Positions 1 through 13,659 of a stretch of DNA of 64,000 bases are shown here, piece after piece (position 1 is the first letter of the stretch; every line of letters starts with the position of its first letter). The stretch is from Octopus sinensis (Eukaryota). The notes under the pieces are model-generated. The model saw only the letters and a program-made list of their open reading frames with translations, was not told where the DNA came from and did no database searches. Position numbers and translations under genes: made by a program. The stretch lies in NCBI RefSeq assembly GCF_006345805.1, contig NC_043000.1:154504001-154568000 (forward strand), written 5' to 3'.

Positions 1-371
1 AACGTGTGGCTGTAGCGCTTTAAGGTTTGAAGGATTGCAGGATTAACAAGTGGATTAACATTTTAAATGAAGTCTTCCTAGTACTAAGTGACACTTTAAC
101 GATTGGCCTTATACCTAATTAAAAAAGAAAAAAAGTCTTTATTACCAAGCCTAGGAAGAGTTTGACTTATAAGTCATTTAGTATGTGGCAATCGATGAAG
201 AGTATAAAGTAACTCCCTGAAAAATATAATGCCTGACCCAAGATTTGATTTTAGGTTATAAAGCTTTTCGCTTTTCTTAAGCTATTAATATTCTTGAGAG
301 AAACATTCGCACCACATAATCACTTATATTTTCTCTAATGAATTAGAAGCTTTCTCCTTTTTTAATCATTA

Positions 372-584
372 CAGCGATCCCTCGCTATATCGCTGTTCAC
401 TTATCGCGGTCTATTATTTAAGCTTACGTCGATTCCTCCGTGGTGTTGTTTTACATTTATAATAAAATAAATATATACAAATTATAAAAATAAAAAAAAA
501 ATACAGTACTGTTTTTCTTTTGCGGATTTTCACCTATCGCGGGAGGTTTGGAACGTAGCACCCGCGATAGTCGAGGGATTACTG
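372..584. mobile_element. Tigger/pogo-like MITE
   Basis: Imperfect terminal inverted repeats CAGCGATCCCTCGCTATATCGC / GCGATAGTCGAGGGATTACTG, TA on both flanks, no ORF. Confidence 0.75.
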
Positions 585-1629
585 TACTTTACTGTACCCA
601 GATGACTGCTGAAGTATTTAAAATAGAAAAAAAAATTAATTACAGTATTTGTTTGTCATTAGAAAAGTGCCGTACACCTGAGTAAAGCACTTTTTAATCT
701 ATGTTTTTGTGTGTGTGCATGTGTACTTATCTATGTGTAAGTGTGTGTTGCATCAGGTGCTTATCTTGGCGTGTATTCATCTAGATCAGGTTGTAATCTT
801 TCTAGATATACTCGCATACACCATCTGGTCTGGTCTATGTCGCACTTTTCATGTCTTTTCATTCAGAGCAGTTTACTAATCCTCTCGTGTACTTGGATGC
901 ACATGCATATGCTTATGTATGCATGTATAACATCTCCATGTGTGGGTGGTAGCTATCGATTCATCAAGTTCGCACGTTTATACCATCTGTTTATTTCAAC
1001 AGGAGTTCATGGAATATTCATTAACCTGCGTTGGCAAACGCGTGTGCTGGTACTTGCTAGGTCGACTTGTTAGGAACCTCAGCCATATCCCCCCCCTCCT
1101 CGCTCTCTGCCCTTCTAAATAAAGGAACAATGTACTCCCCGATATTCAAACAGACTGAATATTTAAAGCGGGAACGTTTTTAATCATATGTATACTCAAT
1201 CGGAGTTGACCTGGGGCTAAACAACTGATGAAAACCAAGTCTCTTGTTGTTGTTGTTAAGCAACAAAACGGGTAAGTGTGATTAGGTGATGGTCTAGGGC
1301 TTAGGGCTTAGGGGCGAGAGACCCCAGACCTTGGACAAAAAAATCTTTGGTCATCTTGTTGTAGTCGAGGGCTCTTCGTTGACGCCCGACACCACTGGGA
1401 GGTGGCCTTCGAAGTCTCTGGAAATGGAGATCTCCAGGTCCAAATTCTTGAAAGGCAACTAAGTCGCTGGTGAGCAGCGTACGCAACACATGTTTCGACT
1501 GTCGGTTGTATATCACTAACTGCAGGATGATCCATTCTCCTAACCCTAATGGTTCTGAAGTCGTATACAAGAAATTATTACATTCAATGTAGGGTGATGT
1601 GGACAAAAGTGTATAAATAAACTTTAAAT

Positions 1630-1927
1630 CAGGAGTTCCCAACCGGGGTCCACAGAAGCTTTAAGGGGGTCCAAGAGTTAAAAATTGTAATTTGTGGGTC
1701 CATATATAAATTTTATTTACTAGAAGAGGTAACTTCGTTTATTGAAATTCTCAAGATTTGTATTTGGAATTTCTGTTATGAATATAACGAAAATGTTTCC
1801 TTGTTAGTTTTTACTAACTTACAAATAAATATTTTATTTCAGAAATTTACATGCGCATATATGGGGTCCACAGATGATAAGATAGCTCTCAGGGGGTCCA
1901 CAAGCAAAATAAGGTTGGGAACCCCTG
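1630..1927. mobile_element. hAT (Charlie-like) MITE
   Basis: TIRs CAGGAGTTCCCAAC / GTTGGGAACCCCTG; 8-bp TSD CTTTAAAT at 1622-1629 and 1928-1935. Confidence 0.9.
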
Positions 1928-2254
1928 CTTTAAATGAATGAAAGATAAATCTACAATGGGTTAGGGTATTAATAGCCAACAGTAATTATCTTAGCCAAAA
2001 TTACCAATTTCAGATAGTTTGACATGAAGCATTGGAATGCAATCTCCAATACACAGATATGATAAAGGACTTGCATCAGTTAATTTTGTGTCAGTGTCAA
2101 TATCTCTCACTCAGCCATTTTACCTGTCTTATGATTTTTCTAATTGTGTAGAAAATCCGAGTTTATATATGAAAGTTTTATTACCATTTTTTTTTACAGT
2201 GGGCGGTCATCGTTATATATACATTCATTTTATTTATTTCTGTTATTGAACTGT

Positions 2255-2610
2255 GAACATGTCGGGGCACCATCTAAGAGGGTTTAGTCGAACAAGTTGA
2301 CCTCAGTGCTAATTTTTTTTTGAAGCATGTTACCCATTCTATCGGTTAGTTTTACCGGACCGCTAAGTTATGGAAACATAAACAATCTAGCACCGTTGTC
2401 GAGCAATGGAAGGGGCAAATACAAACCCAAACACACGCGCGGGTGCGCGCGACAGGTTTCCGCACAGTTTCCGTCTACCAAATTCATTTCTTACAAGCAA
2501 TTTGCCGACCTGTGGCTATAGTAGAAGTCACCTACCCAAGGTGTCGCGCTGTAAGACTGAACCCCAAACTATTTAGTTGCAAAGCAAGCTTCTCCACTTT
2601 ACAGCCATGT
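2255..2610 (-). mobile_element. SINE family B, degenerate copy
   Basis: Diverged match to the copies at 13237 and 63043. Confidence 0.7.
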
Positions 2611-3094
2611 CTACGCCTGTATTGTAGCTATTTTGAAAAAAAAAAAAAGCTGTGTATAATATGTTATTATGTCATTGTTACCGAATCAAATACTTTCTGG
2701 ATTGACTCTGCCTTGCATCGCCTATCCTCCAATACAAACCTGACTCAATTGACTGCTGCTGTCTCCTCATAACAGATGTTTTGTTCTTCGATAAAAAAAA
2801 AAAATTATCAATAATGAAATTCTGTCCGCTAATTTGTTGCATATTGTTATTTATTGCTGTTTCTAAATCGTAAGCATTGGCACGCAACGTTAATGACTAT
2901 CCCTCGTTGCAAGGGGAAAGATTTCCTGTTTACCCCGGAGGTGTATGAAATCAGCTGATAGATGCCATCCATCACGCAGCCTGCAATCGGTAGCGTAGAC
3001 GGCGATGATTGGAAAATTACGATCTGAAGTATAATCCTGGAATCCGTTTTTTAGACGCACACACACACACACACTCACATACTCACACATCGAA

Positions 3095-3132
<38 letters not shown>

Positions 3133-3625
3133 CTACATACACGCGCGCTCACATATTCTGAAGGAGTGGGAGTTAGCAATGAAAATCAACAGATAACCTA
3201 TAAATTTTATGATGCTGCCAGCCAGTGCTAACAATGATCAATTGTTCCTATCCTGCTGTATCTGATTTCTAGCCTTTGGGAGAGTTCATTGGTGTCGAAA
3301 GAATGCTAGCTGTTGATTACTGCCTGCTCACCATTTTTCCTTATGACTTAAGAGGAATGGTTAGCATCTTAGACCTTTGCACCCCACACACCCTGAGATT
3401 GGTGTGGTTGATATGGTAGACGTTAAACTTGAGGATATGTAAGGCGATGACAGCAGGATGTCTTATAGGCGGTTAGAGAATTTCAAAGGGTTGATTTTCT
3501 GGGGAAGAACGATTGAAATCAGCGGTTGAGGTGGGGCCTGTGTGTGATGCACAGTAAAGGTAAAGTGAGGAGTAGCCCTGCGGGTGGTATGCAACTATCT
3601 AGTTCATGGTACTAGTAGATTAAAT

Positions 3626-3936
3626 GTGGAGGCACATGGCCTAGTGGTTAGAGCAGCGGACCCACGGTCGAGGGATCGCGGGTTCGAATCTCAGACCAGG
3701 CGATGTGTGTTTTTATGAGCGAAACACCTAAGCTCCACGCAGCTCCGGCAGAAGGTAATGGCGAACTTCTGCTGATTCTTTCGCCACAAATTTCTCTCAC
3801 TCTTTCCTCCTGCATCTTGCAGCTCACCTGCGATGGACTGGCGTCCCGTCCAGGAGGGGAACCAATACGCCAAGAAACCGGGAAATCGGCCCTTATGAGC
3901 CAGGCATGGCTCGAGAAGGAACAAACAACAACAACA
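3626..3936 (+). mobile_element. tRNA-derived SINE with V-SINE-like segment and (CAA)n tail (family D)
   Basis: tRNA-like head with GGTTCGAATC B box; CTGCGATGGACTGGCGTCCCGTCCAGG segment; 15-bp TSD ACTAGTAGATTAAAT at 3611-3625 and 3937-3951. Confidence 0.85.
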
Positions 3937-4429
3937 ACTAGTAGATTAAATAGGCAAAAGAGAAGAGGTGACAAAGCGTCTATGAGCCAAAAAAGTTTCG
4001 ACTATTGGTGAGTCATTATCGATCATTCGAGTGGTCATTGTCTTAGATGTAGATGTAATGCTCCCACACATAAAATAAGTCTTATTTTAACGTTCTATAG
4101 GCTGGACAGCAAACCATAACAAAAGTATTTTTGAAGAAAGCTAGTCCTTGGGGTATATGTTATGAGGAGACAGCAGCAGTCAATTGTCTCAGGTTTATAT
4201 TGGAGGAAAGGAGCTGCAAGGCAGAGTCAATCCAGAAAGTATTTGATTCTGTAACAATGTTGTTTTGGTTCGACAGGAAAAATCACCGAGAAAGATCTTC
4301 CAGATATAATGAATCCTAGTATTTGTAGCAACTTTAAAGGTTTAACAGCAATTGTTGAATACTAGAGTGATACATGATTGCTTCATTGATTTGAGCAGTG
4401 ATCGTGTCTTTGTGCTGTTGAAGAAAACA

Positions 4430-4818
4430 GTGGAGGCGCAATGGCTCAGTGGTTAGGGCAGCGGATTCGCGGTCATAGGATCGCGGTTTCGATTCCCAGA
4501 CCGGGCGTTGTGAGTGTTTATTGAGCGAAAACACCTAAAGCTCCACGAGGCTCCGGCAGGGGATGGTGGTGATCCTTGCTGTACTCTTTCACCACAACTT
4601 TCTCTCACTCTTACTTCCTGTTTCTGTTGTACCTGTATTTCAAGGAGCCGGCCTTGTCACTCTCTGTGTCACGCTGAATATCTCCGAGAACTATGTTAAG
4701 GGTACACGTGTCTGTGGATTGCTCAGCCACTTACACGTTAATTTCTCGAGCAGGCTGTTCCGTTGATTCGGATCAACCGGAATTCTCGTCGTCGTAACCG
4801 ACGGAGTGCTTCCATCCA
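4430..4818 (+). mobile_element. tRNA-derived SINE family C, full length
   Basis: tRNA-like head; 11-bp TSD TGAAGAAAACA at 4419-4429 and 4819-4829; near-identical copy at 21861. Confidence 0.9.
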
Positions 4819-5315
4819 TGAAGAAAACAAGATTGTCTTACTCTCCTTGGACGATATTTTCAAGGTCTCTGTTTAGAGAGGCAATGCAGTTTTGATGAAA
4901 GGTATCTATGTTGTATGTTTTGATGCATAGAATTGGTAATGTAAGTGTAATTCGTTGTGTTTTTGCTTTATTCGTTTAGAGATCAGTTGAGCTTCTGCTG
5001 TTGATACGGTACTTCGGATTCTAGCTTGAATTTCAGCCCCCTTGAATTTCAGACAAATGGATTATCCATGTAATAGCCGAACCCATAAATTTGACCTAAA
5101 AATGGTTTTAAAAAATCAACTTTTACACGAGTATATGCGGCAAGTAATGATTTATAGCAATTATTTATTATTTAAAGCAGCAAGCTGGAAGAACTGTTAG
5201 AGCGTCGTAGAAAAAAATCCTTACGATATACGTTCAGGATCTTTACGTTCTAAATTCAATTCATTCGGGGATCAACTTTGTGTTTCATCTTTTCGGGGAT
5301 GGCATTGACTTACGC

Positions 5316-6218
5316 AAGGCGGCGAGCTGACAGAAACGTTAGCGCGCCGGGCGAAATGCTTAGCGGTATTTCGCCTGCTGCTACGACTTTGCCTTTCATC
5401 CTTTTGGAGTCGATTAAATAATTACCAGTTACGCACTGGGGTCGATGTAATCGACTTAATCCGTTTGTCTGTCCTTGTTTGTCCCCTCTGTGTTTGGCCC
5501 CTTGTGGGTAGTAAAGAAATAGGTATTTCGCCTGCCGCTACGTTGAGTTCAAATTCCGCCGAGGTCGACTTTGCCTTTCATCTTTTCGGGGTCGATTAAA
5601 TAAGTACCAGTTACGCACTGGGGTCGATGTAATCGACTTAATCCGTTTGTCTGTCCTTGTTTGGCCCCTTGTGGGTAGTAAAGAAATAGGTATTTCGCCT
5701 GCCGCTACGTTGAGTTCAAATTCCGCCGAGGTCGACTTTGCCTTTCATCTTTTCGGGGTCGATTAATAAGTACCAGTTACGCACTGGGGTCGATGTAATC
5801 GACTTAATCCGTTTGTCTGTCCTTGTTTGGCCCCTGTGGGTAGTAAAGAATAGGTATTTCGCCTGCCGCTACGTTGAGTTCAAATTCTGCCGAGGTCGAC
5901 TTTGCCTTTCATCTTTTCGGGGTCGATTAAATAAGTACCAGTTACGCACTGGGGTCGATGTAATCGACTTAATCCGTTTGTCTGTCCTTGTTTGTCCCCT
6001 CTGTGTTTGGCCCCTTGTGGGTAGTAAAGAAATAGGTATTTCGCCTGCCGTTACGTTCTGAGTTCAAATTCCGCCGAGGTCGACTTTGCCTTTCATCTTT
6101 TCGGGGTCGATTAAATAAGTACCAGTTACGCACTGGGGTCGATGTAATCGACTTAATCCGTTTGTCTGTACTTGTTTGTTCCCTCTGTGTTTAGCCCCTT
6201 GTGGGTAGTAAAGAAATA
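5316..6218 (+). mobile_element. SINE family A with Tx1-like tail: one head plus five tandem body+tail units
   Basis: Units at about 5316, 5522, 5689, 5853 and 6035; each internal unit starts with GGTATTTCGCCTGCCG and ends GTGGGTAGTAAAGAA(A)TA; array flanked by ATTGACTTACGC at 5304-5315 and 6222-6233. Confidence 0.9.
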
Positions 6219-6764
6219 GGTATTGACTTACGCCTATCCTCAGAATTGCTAGCCTTGTGTCTCACTTAGAAATCATTTACATTTGCATTATAGCAACTTC
6301 ATAAAAAGACATTATAATCAAAAACGCTTCATTATTGTCTTACATAAAATGCTGCCTATATGTATTTTGTAGGGTTACCTGTGAGTTTCTTGTTTCATTG
6401 TTTGGGAGTTATTGATTAATTATTAATCAATATGCAGTTGTCCAGTCAGTCAGGTTCAAAGTGGGCACCCCAAGGTATGCGTGAGTTTGTATACACACGC
6501 ATACCTGTGATTGTGTTCCTGCATATAGATACATGTGTGTGTGTGTGTATGTATATAGACAGATAGATATAAATGCACATGTGCGTATGGGTGTGTAAAA
6601 ATATGCTGATGTGTATGTATATATGTGTATGCCTACATGTATGTATATATATTATATATATATATATATGTTATATATATTATATTATATATATATATGT
6701 TATATATTATATTATATTATATATACATATATATATGCATACATATATGTACATACTTACATAT

Positions 6765-7171
6765 TACTCTTACTCTTTTACTCTTTTATTTGTTTCAGTC
6801 ATTTTGACTGTGGCCATGCTGGACTACCGCCTTTTCGTCGAGCACATCGACCCCAGGACTTATTCTTTGTAAGCCTAGTACTTATTCTATCGGTCTCTTT
6901 TGCCGAACCGCTAAGTTACGGGGACGTAAACACACCAGCATCGGTTGTCAAGTGATGTTGGGGGGAGAAATACACACACACACACACACACACACACATA
7001 TGTATACACATATATACGACGGGCTTCTTCCGTTTACCAAATCCACCCACAAGGCATCGGTCGGCCCGAGGCTATAGTAGAAGACACTTGCCCAAGTTGC
7101 CACGCAGTGGGACTGGAACCGGAACCATGTGGTTCGTAAACAAGCTACTTACCACGCAGCCACTCCTACGC
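6765..7171 (-). mobile_element. SINE family B (CORE-like, (TAAAAGAG)n tail, internal TA/CA microsatellite)
   Basis: Reverse complement of the copies at 13237 and 63043. Confidence 0.9.
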
Positions 7172-7244
<73 letters not shown>

Positions 7245-7801
7245 ATATATAAAAATAAAAACCAAAAATAGAACAAGAACGTAACAGGCTACAACAAAAC
7301 ATCTGGACAGTTAGACGATACAAAAAAGGACAGGAAAAAATATGGACGGGTCATTCGGAGTTTTCTATCGTCAGTCAAGTTCCAGATTTTCTCAGCAGCT
7401 TCAGCCGGTTACACTCGAGAGTGCTCGAATCTGACCGGCCCCATAAAAATCTAAGCTAAGAGCACTAGATTCTTTGGAAGAAAGCAAGTGAATGTAAGCA
7501 ACGACGAAGAGAAAAATGCATAAAAAGAAAAAACGGAGAAATGGTACACAGTTACAAATACAAACAACAGGACATTAACAACAGGTGTCTTTCGACTAAG
7601 GACGAATTAAATTAAGTTGGCGTATGTGGAAGTGAAGCCTTATGACAGGGACAGAGTGAGGTAAAAGAGGAGGGAATGTGAGAATGAAGGGAAGGCTATG
7701 AAATGGGAGAGAGGAGGAGCGAGAAAAGGAAAAGTGGAAAGAACGAAGTAAGTGTGAATGGACTGAAAGAAAGAGTAAGAGAGTCGTATAGAATATATAT
7801 A

Positions 7802-8018
7802 TACTCTTTTACTCTTTTACTTGTTTCAGTCACTTGACTGCGGCCATGCTGGAGCACCGCCTTTAGTCGACCAAATCGACCCCAGAACTTATTCTTTGTA
7901 AGCCCAGTACTTGTTCTATCAGTCTCTTTTGCCGAAACGCTAAGTGACGGGGACGTAAACACACCAGCATCGGTTGTCAAGCAATGCTAGGGGGACAAAC
8001 ACACAAACACATACCCAC

Positions 8019-8065
<47 letters not shown>

Positions 8066-8220
8066 ACAGGCTTCTTTCAGTTTCCGTCTACCAAATCCAC
8101 TCACAAGGCATTGGTCGGCCCGAGGCTATAGCAGAAGACACTTGCCCAAGATGCCACGCAGTGGGACTGAACCATGTGGTTGGTTAGCAAGCTACTTACC
8201 ACACAGCCACTCCTGCGCCT
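7802..8220 (-). mobile_element. SINE family B
   Basis: Same head, TTGGGCAAGTGTCTT core and TAAAAGAG tail. Confidence 0.9.
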
Positions 8221-9262
8221 ATATATATATATATAATATCAGGGTAATAAAGATTTTAGAAATGTTTACTACCAGTGACCTAGCGTATAGAAAAACTAGT
8301 CAATAAACTATAATTATTAAATATAGAATACAGTGTACAATTAAACACATTAAGAGTTATCCGTCATCGGACTCCCTTATGCTAGAAGGAACAGCTAAAA
8401 TTGACACCACTAATTAGAGATAAAATCTCGAAGGGAATGAAAAAAAAAAACATTTACCATCTATTTCCTGGACCATGGTTTCAGACTATTTTAGCAAATA
8501 AAATAATTTGCAAATAAATTGCAAATAAATAGCAAATAAAATAATTTGCCAAACGAAAACATGGAATACTAACTTTTTTGCGAACAACGAAAGAAACAAT
8601 TGGAAAACAAGACAAGTAATATGAAAAAACGACCCTTCATCAGTTGTTGGCTGTTTTCCTGCTTCGTATTTCGAGCAATTCACAACAAGATGCGTTTTCG
8701 ATATAACAGTTGCTCCCGCAAAGCAAATTAGATAAAATTTGGGATTTTGCGGAGGGTCAAAGTTGGTAACAAAAACAAGACAGTGAAAACCAACAGGAGG
8801 GGCTACTAAGCCTAGACAATTCGAGATGGTGAACGCGGAGAAACAAGCTCTGACAGGAGACAGACAAGAATGCATCCCATCCCTGTGGCTGACCGCGTGT
8901 GTGTTTGTGAGCGTGTATATATGTTTGCGTGTGTGTGTATGTGTGTATGCGTGATTGTATGCATGTGCATATATGTACGTGGGTGTGTGTGGTTCCATGC
9001 ATGTGCATATATGTACATGTATCCGTGTGTATGATAAAAGGAAATTCATTAATCTTTCCAAGCGTCATTATCTACTACATAAACTTTTTCAAGTATATTT
9101 CTACTTAATTCTTTGGAACAAGTTACGTAGATAAGAAAATGGAATTTCCAGTAAAGTCTGTCTGCAGACTTGTATACAGGATTATTGTTAAATTAAAAAA
9201 TAAAATAAAATTATCAGCAATTATTGAAAACAGATACAGGAAAGAAATATCTTTATATATAT

Positions 9263-9319
<57 letters not shown>

Positions 9320-10603
9320 CTATGAAGAAAGGAGATAAAAGCATATAATTTCTACTAAGAATACTTTCTATTGCAAAGAATACAGAATAGTCAGGAAAAA
9401 TACTCGTATAGACTTAAGTCTAACGTGAGTCCTACCATTCATAAGGTCGGTACTTGAATCGGTTCACATAGCATATAAACGACTAAGGTTACAATAATTC
9501 CCACTGAACAGGACACCGGTCTGTCGCAGACTTGAATTCCCAGCTATTACTGAAATTAATTTATAACTGAGTGAGTTGGAGCCACATGAACACATCGCAC
9601 CGTTCGGTTCAGAAAAGGAAACACAACTTTATGACTGTGAGTGTAACACCCTAACCACTAGTCCACGAGTCCACTTGTATATTGGGCTGAAAATTCTAAT
9701 CAAACTAAGAATTGAAATCCCTCATGCTGCATGATAATGGTCATGAATGTGAGCTCTCGATAGACAGCATTTACGGGGATTCCGTGTATAGAGGTATGTA
9801 GGAGACCTATGTTTCTCTCTGTCCCACACATAACTAGTATATATGGCTAGTGTGGCTAGAATTAACCTATTTTTACGTATTTCCATGCAGCATCGTAGCA
9901 ATCAGAAGACGGTCTGCTTTGGAGTTGGAAAAACTTGGCAGAAAAATTTTAAATGAAACAGGACTTTTATCAACTTTTAGAAATATATTTCTTTTAAATA
10001 CTCATCTACTTCAATAAATGTGTTCAAGTAGCTTTATGTACTTAAAACCTCTTGAATACGTCACACTGATGAGAAGTGGAATTTTGAAATTGTCTGCCAA
10101 TGATTAGAGAGGGGATAAAAGCTAAATTACTTTTATCAAAATTTGTTAAAAATAGATACAGAGGAAGACATTCGATATACCTTCATTTTACAAGGAAGAG
10201 AGAGAACAATAAATCACATTTCCTGCAGGGATATCCCTCCAGGAGAATATAGATTTAGGACATAGAAATATAAATAGAGAGACATGTGCGCACGTGCAAA
10301 TGTGTATGATAGTAAATGTATGTTTTTTTTTTTCTTTAACAACTTCATCCTTTGGACTGCGATCATATGTAATGCAGTGCTTTACGAATGGTATTTTCTG
10401 TTTGAGGTTTCATGATGCTTCCGCCTTCATTTGCATTTCCTGACGCAATATAGAATTACACAGTGAAAACTTTAAGCTGCATGAATACACGTCATTTATA
10501 CTTTGTGGTTGGATATTAAATGTCTGTGATTCTTTGAAATTCAGATTTACTGCAATACTTAGTCCTTACTAGAAGAAGAGAGGCTGGCGGCATAGACATA
10601 TCT

Positions 10604-11000
10604 TATGGCCAAGATTCTGATACAACGATGAATGCATAAGTTCGATGCTAGACCCCCTACAATTATTGAATTTCTTTCGCGTCTTCGTTACAAGAAGTAA
10701 TCTAAAATTTTTTCGCGCGCACAGGACTTTTGGGATTGCTTATAATTCATATAGTGAACTTGGTACCATTAGGTGAATGCAGCGAAGAGCAATAATCCAG
10801 GTGACTGGGAACAAATGTTTTTTTTAACAGAGAAAGTATGACCTTCATTGTTCTGGTGCTCGGTGGACTCAGGTTCCATCCCGCCCAGCGTTTGTACATC
10901 ATTTTATGATACGGCATTATTTGTAGTAATTCCCAGATGCAACACATATTCGAGTTTCGCATTGTAATCGTTTTGAGGTCTGTGCAATGCAAGTTGCAAG
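10604..11000 (-). pseudogene. Degraded CR1-group LINE RT C-terminal fragment
   Basis: Minus-strand KTFVPSHLDYCSSLHSP resembles the CR1 ...HLDYCSxLWSP motif; 10604-10786 is duplicated at 12737-12920. Confidence 0.6.
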
Positions 11001-12217
11001 ATTGAAAATAGACTGTGTAATGTTACACACTCTATTTTCAGCCTTGCAACCTACATACACATAGTATTGTTGTTTCAATATTGCAATAGCATTGTTTTTT
11101 TTCTAGTAACCTGTTTGTAGCATCAATGCTCTTGTGGAAAGATTTTTGTTATAATCGGGACTCTAGTGATAGTAAGAATCAAGGATTGCTTTGATACTTG
11201 CTATCACTAATTTATATAGTAATGTTGACTGTACTCATATCCTGATAACGACGTTCATATCCATAGGCAGTAAATCAAGTGATAGTACACTGAGGCACGC
11301 CGCTTTGGGTTTTTCACTTTACTTATAAGGCCATGATCGCTGCAACAAATTGACTTCTGTTCTTTATGAAGTCATGCAGCCACACTCTTAGATTTCCCTC
11401 ATGCCAAAATCGCATAACTTTGTCTGAAGCCTTCTTTCAGAGTCCAGGTGGAGCAACCTATTTAACGTCCAGTCATAATGATATAGTGGCTGCATGATGT
11501 AGTTTTTGCTAGAGTTGAAACCACTGTAGATATTACTTGGCATATCATTCCACGATCTTACTGATATTCGAGTTCTGAGGAAAATGCTGACAATTTTTAG
11601 CATTTTCTCCACAACATTACTTATGGACAATGCATATATATTTCATCAGCTTTTTAATGAGCCTAGCACTTTAAAGAGATACTTGGAAAAATATCTGAAA
11701 TGATTTGGTTTGGGTGTTATTTTTCATCTTTTTAGAATAATTGTTTGGAAACCACCAAGGCCAGCTGCTGAGTTCAGATACCCGTTAGCTATGGTAGCTT
11801 TTTCATTAATTTCTTTTATGCCAATAGAAGTTGAAGAACTTTACTAGCTCAGCTCTTTGCGTTTGTTGACATGCATATATACTACTGGATTACTAAAGAG
11901 ACCTGCAAGCTACACTAGCTCGATATATTTTCTCTGTAAAACAATATGAAACTGAAGCTATTTATGTCAACAATGCAGGCAATATGCTATTTTCATCAAA
12001 TATGCCTCAGAGAGGAAGGCCAGTGTTCACAAAAACTATATAATTCTCAGCGACTAAAAAATTCTCATGAGACAAAGAACATAATTGTCAGTCACTTAAT
12101 TGAGGAGGTAAAACAATTGACAAGGAAAAATCCCATATAATGGTTCTCTTAGAACTGAGACCATTAAAATGCATCCGCGAATACAAGGACCGAAGGAAAC
12201 AAAAAACAATGCTATGA

Positions 12218-12279
<62 letters not shown>

Positions 12280-12736
12280 GTTAATACTCAGGAAATATGT
12301 TACTTTAAATCCTCAAAAATTAAGTGAAATATTGAATGTGCAATTGAAGTATTATTTTACTACTCCACTTGTGAATATACAAATGGACAGCCAGATGAAT
12401 TTTTCAAATCTGAAGTTCTGCCGAGGGAACTCGCGACCATGAATCAAATCTATATAAAAGCAGCAACATCTTCCCGTTGGTAAAAAGAAAATGAAATCAA
12501 TTTATAATATATTGAAGCCAGAAAACAAGTTGTTGCATTCAGTGGTGCTCTTAGGGAAAAGCGAACAATTCTGAGCAAAGGGCTTCGAAGAACTATTTTC
12601 GGAAGTGTTTGTAGTAGCTGTTACAAACACAACTATTAGAACAACAATTCTCGCTAGATTTGGTAATGATATTAAAATCTCAAAACTAATAAAGAATTCT
12701 GATGATATCAACAAGCTACAAAAAAAGAGCTCAATG

Positions 12737-13200
12737 TTATGGCCAAGATTCTGATACAACGATCAATGCATAAGTTCGATGCTAGACCCCCTACAATTAT
12801 TGAATCTCTTTCGCGTCTTCGTTACAAGAAGTAATCTAAAAATTTTTTCGCGCACACAGGACTTTTGGGATTGCTTATAATTCATATAGTGAGCTTGGTA
12901 CCATTAAGTGAATGCAGCGAGGTAGGTTGATGAGTAAACACGAAATTCTATGCAGGAAAGTTTTTAAAAATTTGCTAACAATATATTGTACAATCTGGTT
13001 GCAATACGCTAGGAAATATTATAATCCCACCTTCAGAATTTGTGCATGACTTAGGAATCATGAGTAAAGAGACATCAAATTCAAGCGATTGAGACTAAGA
13101 TCACAACGTAGACACCTGTTTCTAGCCGGTAGAATTTATTGCTCCGATCTATGGTGACTTCAGTGTGTCAGGCTCACTACAGAAGCTGATGCAATCTAAA
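12737..13200 (-). pseudogene. Degraded CR1-group LINE fragment (second copy)
   Basis: ~185-bp near-identity to 10604-10786; upstream HDLGIMS-like remnant. Confidence 0.5.
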
Positions 13201-13236
13201 TAAATGCCCTACATGAAGAAAATAGTCTCCATGTAT

Positions 13237-13399
13237 AGGTGCAGGAGTGGCTGTGTGGTAAGTAGCTTGCTTACCAACCACATGGTTCCGGGTTCAGTCC
13301 CACTGCGTGGCATCTTGGGCAAGTGTCTTCTGCTATAGCCCCGGGCCGACCCATGCCTTGTGAGTGGATTTGGTAGACGGAAACTGAAAGAAGCCCGTC

Positions 13400-13445
<46 letters not shown>

Positions 13446-13659
13446 TGTGTGTATATGTTTGTGTGTCTGTGTTTGTCCCCCTAGCATTGCTTGACAACCG
13501 ATGCTGGTATGTTTATGTCCCCGTCACTTAGCGGTTCGGCAAAAGAGACCGATAGAATAAGTACAAAGAATAAGTCCCGGGGTCGAGTTGCTCGACTAAA
13601 GGCGGTGCTCCAGCATGGCCGCAGTCAAATGACTGAAACAAGTAAAAGAGTAAAAGAGT
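13237..13659 (+). mobile_element. SINE family B, full length
   Basis: tRNA-like head GGAGTGGCTGTGTGG...GGTTCAGTCCC, CORE-like TTGGGCAAGTGTCTT, AAGTAAAAGAGTAAAAGAG tail. Confidence 0.9.

Noticed and set aside
1282-1312. TAGGGCTTAGGGCTTAGGG as a telomeric repeat
   Set aside because: Only about three 7-nt units, not (TTAGGG)n; more likely a retroelement tail.
4430-4505. tRNA genes at SINE heads (also 3626, 21861, 28123, 39461)
   Set aside because: They continue into SINE bodies with TSDs and lack a complete acceptor stem.
5522-6218. CRISPR-like repeat array
   Set aside because: Entire units are repeated with no unique spacers, the context is eukaryotic and there are no cas genes.
7355-7400. 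Minus-strand CTGACGATAG...CCGAATGACCCGTC hammerhead-like motif
   Set aside because: GAAA is mutated and stem I does not pair; a possible decayed PLE end, not callable.
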